DNA of 56,870 nucleotides, the filler included, from Dirinaria sp. TL-2023a (Eukaryota), in the NCBI GenBank assembly GCA_051941275.1. It is 3 parts of 3 records of this genome, joined end to end, with 100 filler letters (N's around TTAATTAATTAA, not from the genome) between each part and the next. Parts side by side here need not be neighbours in the genome. Positions count along the whole stretch, not along the records: positions 38,043 to 56,870 come from JAVEBF010000363.1; 2 more parts are not named here. One strand, given 5' to 3'. Of the stretch, positions 50,446 through 56,870 are shown in pieces. How positions within the stretch are numbered: the stretch's first letter is position 1; every line of letters starts with the position of its first letter. The notes beneath the pieces were generated by a model, which saw only the letters and a list, made by a program, of their open reading frames with translations, did no database searches and was not told the origin of the DNA. The position numbers were made by a program, and so were the translations under genes.

Positions 50446-51675
50446 ATGGCAACCCAAACAGCTCTTCCCAAGGGAGCGACTATTAGCCTTCCATCCGATT
50501 TTGAGATTCATGGTGTTACGGGGAAGCTACTTGCAGAGAAGCCTTCCACCACACCACCACCGCCGCTGCTCGTGTTAGGCAATTTTCAAGGAACCTTTGC
50601 TGGAAATGGGTTCAATACAATCTTCCGTCCACAAAATTCAGCGACGCCAACAACATTCCCAACCAAAGTTAACCTAGAAGGAAAGCCCGATGATAACGTG
50701 CTAGAACTTAACCTTACCGCCGAGACGCTGGCTTTTGCCGATCCCCTCGGTAGCGTGCCCAATCGTGGGCTAGGCACACAGGGTGATATCTTCCTCAGCG
50801 GCGTGCCATATGTGCAGACCATCCAAGACGTGACCAATCCGGCCACAGGAACGGCTGATGGACCGCCAACAGGCATTCACTTCGAGCCTGGGCTATGGAT
50901 GCGTGTACCCGCGTCAACGAACAACCCAGTGCAAGCTGAGTCGCTGAATCGTATGGCTTCCATTCCGCACGGGACCACGATTAACGCCCAAGGCGCCGCG
51001 CCTACCGCCACTACTCCGGGCCCACCAAAGATTCCCGCGGTGGATATCACTCCATTCGTCATCAACAGCACGACTCTTATCCAATTCCCTAGCCAGACCG
51101 CAACCAAAACCACCACCTCTAGAGTGCCGCAAGACCTGACGGCGTTCATCAAGGCGGGAACTATCAATGACGACATCCTCAAGAATCCGAATCTCGTACT
51201 GACCAACGCCAACAAGGGAAAGACCATTAACAAGACGACCACCATCCAAATTTCCACGAGCCCAACAGCTCCCGAGTCGGGTGGTGGCACAGCGAACATT
51301 GACTTCCTCGTGGGTGCCACGACAGGCAATGTCACCGGGCCAAACGCCAACGCGGCTCAGATGCAGGCTACGTTCTGGGTCTCCGAGGTGTCGCACAAGA
51401 TCACGGTTCCGGTGCACACACTCGGCCAAGGGCCGTTGGAGATCGCCGCTCCCAGCCCCGTGGCGGGCGCTCCGGCGGGTTTCCACGCGCCGTCATTCAT
51501 CGTCGATCCGCCGGCCGCGATCACGGCGCCCAAGACAATCACGGTCACCTCCACGCAGATCCAGTATTCCCAGAGAGTGATCCTTAATTTCGCCGGGCTG
51601 AGCTGGCCGCATGTTTCGGTCGCGACTCTGATTCCCAAGGATCCGGTCAAGGTTCCAAGCTCTGTCTTCTCTTGA
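50446..51675 (+). CDS. Putative heme-binding FMP-type peroxidase-like protein, intronless
   Basis: Motifs G.F.GNGFNTIFRP, LELNLT.ETL.F, VPNRG..QGDI.L.G.PY.Q.I.D, IHFEPGLW, RMASIPHGTTINAQG, ATFW, IQYSQ.V.LNF.GLSWPHVSVATL. Family assignment is from memory, not a search. Confidence 0.7.
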   Translation: MATQTALPKGATISLPSDFEIHGVTGKLLAEKPSTTPPPPLLVLGNFQGTFAGNGFNTIFRPQNSATPTTFPTKVNLEGKPDDNVLELNLTAETLAFADPLGSVPNRGLGTQGDIFLSGVPYVQTIQDVTNPATGTADGPPTGIHFEPGLWMRVPASTNNPVQAESLNRMASIPHGTTINAQGAAPTATTPGPPKIPAVDITPFVINSTTLIQFPSQTATKTTTSRVPQDLTAFIKAGTINDDILKNPNLVLTNANKGKTINKTTTIQISTSPTAPESGGGTANIDFLVGATTGNVTGPNANAAQMQATFWVSEVSHKITVPVHTLGQGPLEIAAPSPVAGAPAGFHAPSFIVDPPAAITAPKTITVTSTQIQYSQRVILNFAGLSWPHVSVATLIPKDPVKVPSSVFS

Positions 51676-52083
51676 AACTACTGTTCCCGCAGCCGGTTGT
51701 AGATCGGGGTGGGGGGCTGCGTGCTGCCCCGAAGAGGAAGAGGACAAAGTATGGTTGTTCGCTTCGATATGACTGTCGCTGTTTTGTAGTTGAATCTAGC
51801 TAACCTACTATCGTTCAAATGAAATTTAAGTTCTACGATCCAGCTCAACATCATTGATCGCTATTTGCTATCTAATTGCCGATCAATCCATCGATGGCGG
51901 GCAAACGCAGAGAAAAACAGAGATGATAAAACTTTTCCGACACCCTTGATCCCCTTCCTCCTAATGCTGTAAGAACTTCACTAAAGCAAATCGAATCTTC
52001 CCTCCACCGCCCCCGCTGCCCTTTACTTCCAAATCAGTTAATCAATCCGAACCAAAAGTTTACCCAGCTTCATCGATTGTACA

Positions 52084-52084
<1 letters not shown>

Positions 52085-52122
<38 letters not shown>
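52085..52122. repeat. (AC)19 microsatellite
   Basis: Perfect dinucleotide run. Confidence 0.95.
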
Positions 52123-52128
<6 letters not shown>

Positions 52129-52638
52129 TCAATTTCTATCCAGATCATCAAAATCTGACAGCTTCAGTGGTTTTTGAATATTGTGTGGAGGAAGGTTATG
52201 CGATCTGCGCTTTCTTTGAAGAAGACAGTTTCTTTTTGGATTTGTAATTTTTACAGTGAGTCTCTTGCTCACGTTTAGTCGATATAATCTCTGCGGACAG
52301 GTCATTATCAATTAAGACGAGATAGACGAGCCAATTTCGGGAGTATCGCCTGGGTACAAGTGCGCAAATCGTTGTTTAAGTAGTTTCGGTGAGGCTGCAA
52401 TATTTGGCGCAATCCCGAGCTATGGCTATGAAGCTTAACCATGAATAGTTAGCGCCTGACGGATTGGGTTACTTGCATGATGGAGGGTCGCAGCAATTCA
52501 AACCTCGCGATCGAGCTTGATTCAAGTCTCACTCCACTTGAACCGAGCGCAACAACTCATAAGAATCACTCGTTTTATCAAGTCAGCCAGAACGAAAAAG
52601 CGCCGAGTACCGGCTGTTACAAGGGAAATATCTGTGTG

Positions 52639-55600
52639 ATGGGCCCTATAACGGCTTTCAGCCTTGCCTGCGGGGTCATACAGGTAGTCGCGTTCAGTAT
52701 CGACGTGGTCAAGACATGTAAAGAGATTTATGATCGTGGTACTTTGGCTGAGTACGAAGACATTGAGCACATAACGAAGCATCTCGCAGAACTCGAATTA
52801 AATATCAGCCTCCTGACTCTAAGTCAACCTTTAGGAAGTACTCAAATGCCAGGGGATAAGGCGCTCAAAGATTTAATCGCAGGGTGTTCCGCTACCGCCA
52901 AGGAGCTCATCAAACTTCTTGATACTATAAAGATTGGGACACCTCAGAGAAAGCGAGAGACCATCAAGAAAGCTTTAAGGTCTTTTCGAGTAAAGAAGCA
53001 AATCCAGGACATTCAAAAGCGGCTCGACAGCTACCAAAATGCCGTTGACACACATGTTCTGATCAGTCTAAGGTAAGCAGTGATGTTCATGTATTCTAAA
53101 TGAGTCCAACGACACAGATCATACCGAATATGGTCTAGATTTCTTTTGAGTATAATATTTTCCTACTATCATCCCTCAAATGTCAAGCCGCTTCGGGACA
53201 TCATTTGGAGTCACCTTTAAGGCAAAGCCATTTTTCTCTCATAGATTTAATCTAGACATCGATCATTCCATATCAACTTTTCAATTCGCAATGAACGAGA
53301 ATTTCAACTCCTTTTCCGATTCTCAAAAGTTTATTGGCTACGCCTGTCAGATCCCGATATTGAGCTGAGATGATGATTCTATAGCTATACAAGACAACTT
53401 AAGTATGCTAACGTGTGCGAGTAGGCAGCGATGTGATCTGAATGACCTTAAGCAATCTGAGAGCTTTCAAAGCTTAGAAGAGAAGGTTCAAGACATGATC
53501 AATACCCTTTCTGAAGGACCGAAGAAATTCGATGATATTGCAAAAGCCATTCAGGGCGAAAATCAAGAGATAAGAAATCATATCGATAGTGCCTTTAAGG
53601 ACCATAGAAAACTAGGAGAGGAGCAAGAGTATTATCGGCGCCTACTCAAAAGCTTATGGTTTACCGAAATATACAGTCGTGAGGAACGGATTGCAGATGC
53701 CCACAGACAGACTTTCGAATGGGTATTTGATCAGTCTGGGCAAGCTCTAGGTCCTTGGGATAATTTTGCTCAATGGCTTGAGACTGGGCAGAACACGTAC
53801 TGGATCAATGGTAAAGCTGGTTCCGGGAAGTCGACCTTGATGAGCTTTTTGTGTGAAGATGCTCGAACAAAGAACTCATTAATGAAATGGTCCGGAAGCA
53901 AACCGCTACTAACGCCGAAGTTTTTTTTCTGGACCGCTGGTACCCCACTGCAGAAGAGTGTCGAAGGGCTTCTACGATCTCTCATCTGGCAAGTCCTAAA
54001 GGAAATGCCCAATACTCATCATAGACAGTCTCACTTTCTGGGGCTTGACGACAGTGCTCAACATGGTATTGACAATTTTGCGGCTTGGACGGATCGCCGC
54101 CTTCAGAATACTTTTAGGGAGGTTGTACATTGGGCAACAAGCTCACATCGCCTATGTCTCTTCATTGATGGACTAGACGAATACGCAGGGGATGAAGATG
54201 AGCTGATAAATCTTATCGAGGCCACTGTGCAACGTTCTGAAGTCAAGATATGCTTATCCAGTCGACCTCATCGAGCGTTTGCACAAGCCTTCGAGTCATC
54301 GGCACAGCTTCGTCTTCAAGATTTAACGCGTACAGACATCGAGAAGTTTGTAGTTGACCAATTCAAATCCGTGTCACAGGTGAAATCCATAAGTTCGCAA
54401 CAACCGAGATGGCTCGAGAGAACTACGTCAGAGATCTTGTGGAAAGCTCAAGGAGTCTTTTTGTGGGTTTCTTTAGCAGTAAAGGACCAGATACGTGGCC
54501 TTAAAGCTGAAGATAGCCCACAGCAACTCGAAGAGAGACTTGCTTCTTTACCTTCTGAGCTTGAGGGTATATATGAGCGCATGTTGTACCGGATTGAAAC
54601 CCCACATCGAAGGGAAGCGTCATCCTTTTTGACTACTGTGCTTCATCACCGTTCACAAAAACATCCTTCGATCCATGCATCTCTGCTCGATCTTGTGCTT
54701 GCATCGCGAGAAGATCTAGCCGATCTGATTGGCTCCGCCGAAAAAATGCCAGAGCTTGAGCTGATCCATACCTCGTCAATGGTACGACGAAGAGTTCAAA
54801 CAATTTGTGCCGGCCTTTTAGAAGTTTTCGACAAGAAGGAAGGTAATGACTGGGACGAGGAGGAAGGTAACGACTTCATAGACTATGACGAAGAGAACGT
54901 AGATGACGACGAGGAAGATTCCAAAGGTGATTATGAAGAGGTCAAGCACAATGAGGAAGACGAGCATGCAGACGATGACAATTACGAAGTTGGAAACAGT
55001 GATAGCGACATCCACGGTCGCCCCATGGTAGCTGAAACTGAGAACAAAGGGCCGTATTGTAAGGGGGAACTCACGGAGGTAGCTTTAAAAGATCTTGAGT
55101 TCAGAACATCTGTTGAGTTCATTCACCGTACAGCCTTCGATTTTATGAGGGAGTCGAGATGCGGAGTTGAGTTCCTCCGGGATAACTCGTTTCTTCGGTG
55201 CAGTCCTTATGTCACAGCTGTGCATCTTCGCATAGCAAAGCTACGATTATTCGGATGTCGAGCCGATGGTTCGAGCGTGGAGAATATGATGGAGCTAATC
55301 TCCATTGCTGAAATTTCGACCGGAGTTGCACAAACGTCATTATGTTACCTCCTAGATAATGTAATGCGCAGGATTGACGAAACGTATGCAGATCAGCGAG
55401 ACAACTCGCGTTGGCCTGAACGCTGGACTATATTGCGACTTCGAAGGTCACGATATCAAGACACTCCGGAACTGCCTCCCCATGAAGTCCGGGCCTGGTT
55501 CAAAGATCATCTCCAAGAAGCTGATTTGCTGAGCCTAATAGTTTTTCACGGTCTGACGTTGTCTTTCCGACAGATGCTCCAAAATAGAAAGACTGTCACT

Positions 55601-56272
55601 ACTAGCGGCGGAGTTGGACGTCACTTGATTTGGTCTGTGCTCGGTGTGCCCAGCACCGTCCTATACACTCGTGCGACTATAGAGTCTCAGCGTCTGAAGA
55701 CTGCCTCAAGCTTAGCCGTAGTGGATGAGTTGTTAAGGCGATCTGCCAATCCTAATCTGGGCTCTCCTGGGCTGACGCCATGGTCAATATTCTTGCGACG
55801 GATGCACAGTTTCTTCAGAGAAAATGCATATCGCAATAGAGATTCTGAAGCTCGCCCAGAGCACTTGCGTCCAGCATTCATCCACACTGCCTCTAGCTTC
55901 ATTGAACGAGGTGCGGACGTGCGTACGAACTGCTTATTGAAAGTGCCGGTGTATTTTTATCACACATTGGATCCTCTCAATGTCATGTTCATATATATCG
56001 TGTTCATAGTGAATATATCTCCACTAGGTATACTTGAACACTGTCTCGGTAGTCGAAAAGATATCTCTGAGCTGAAAGAGAGGGCGTTAGCTAGAGGCGC
56101 TCAGTGCTACTCAAGATGCACTAAACTTTATGCCTTTTATACAGACAGTCCTATGAGCACTTACGCGAAGGATTTCGCAATGTCTGACGCAGAGTCAGCT
56201 GCATTCCTTGAAAGTTTCAAAGGACAAATGCCCTATGGCGGAACGATAGATTTTAAAGACCATGTTAACTAG
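52639..56272 (+). CDS. NLR-like NACHT NTPase with N-terminal SesA/HeLo-like helical domain (2 exons, intron about 53073-53424)
   Basis: N-terminus MGPITAFSLACGVIQVVAFS. R.ERIADAHRQTFEWVF, Walker A WINGKAGSGKSTLM, Walker B LFIDGLDE, KICLSSRP, LRLQDLT..DI, AQGVFLWV, LPSELEGIYERML, VEFIHRTAFDF. Confidence 0.92.
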
Positions 56273-56473
56273 CTTGGTCATGAGATCTGGCAAAATCGTT
56301 TAGCGGCTTCGAATAACGTTTCTACAGACAAGAAAGAGGGGATTCTTAGCTGGATGGAGAGAAAGGATTTCGTTAACCGCTGGTTCCTTTCGATTATCCT
56401 TTTAATTTTGGAGCTTTCAATGTTTCAACATGGTACACAGCTTGTCTTATGCTATAGAATTCACACGAATTAG

Positions 56474-56870
56474 AACACATGATATGTAAACTTGATTGTC
56501 CGAGTTTGAATCATAATAACAGTCTGATTGTTGTGTTTTTACCCAATGATCCAATTTAACAATTCTCGAGACTTGATCCAAAGAAATAAAAATTTTTTTT
56601 TACAAAATTTGATAATGAGCAATATACTTGTTCAAAAGTGCAATTCGTATTAAATCAAGATTTTTTTTAAAAAAAATTCCCACTTGAAACTCTATGATAA
56701 CCAATAGTGTGTAAAGACGTAATCCTCAATAAAACAAAATTCTTCAATTAACAATACAACGACAACATCTTTATTCAGATTCAAACTTGGAGACAAATAA
56801 CTTTAGATATCATTTTTTATTTTCTATATAAATTCGGTAATATAGAACAAGCTGTGTACTATCTTAAGAC
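56474..56870. repeat. AT-rich, GG-depleted relic (probable mutated repeat)
   Basis: Sharp GC drop after the NACHT gene, no long ORF, no GG between 56434 and 56788. Confidence 0.45.

Noticed and set aside
52477..53076. Amyloid signalling motif (HRAM/sigma/PP) at the NLR N-terminus or in a neighbouring effector gene
   Set aside because: No G/N/Q-rich pseudo-repeat motif seen; the N-terminus is a full helical domain and no adjacent HeLo/gasdermin gene is visible.

Overview
Filamentous ascomycete (Pezizomycotina) nuclear DNA with short GT-AG introns. The gene content suggests a lichen-forming Lecanoromycete, but that is inference. The window is three contigs joined by artificial 100-nt linkers (N44-TTAATTAATTAA-N44 at 18931-19030 and 37943-38042), so adjacency across them is not biological. 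Contig 1 (1-18930) is accessory-like: a degenerate Cu/Zn-SOD-fold protein, an F-box protein, secreted and GPI-anchored proteins (including a double-CFEM protein) and a DUF1254/DUF1214 protein. Contig 2 (19031-37942) is mostly core genes: amidase, CsgA-like SDR, AlkB dioxygenase, CDK1, calpain and a 4-TM protein, plus a 49-aa TM microprotein missed by the ORF track and a Cys-rich secreted protein. Contig 3 (38043-56870) opens with a nest of transposon relics (gypsy integrase fragment, solo LTR, foldback element, young MITE), then ankyrin, sugar porter, Pth11-like, FMP-type peroxidase-like and NACHT/NLR genes. Three observations stand out. (i) The old repeats have no CC or GG dinucleotides while keeping CA/TG/CG, pointing to a CpC-targeted RIP-like process rather than canonical CpA RIP. 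(ii) A young MITE carrying TTAGGG-type units makes up almost all of an apparent intron. (iii) An unannotated ~460-500 bp TIR element family has three diverged copies. Coordinates and exon boundaries were read by eye.
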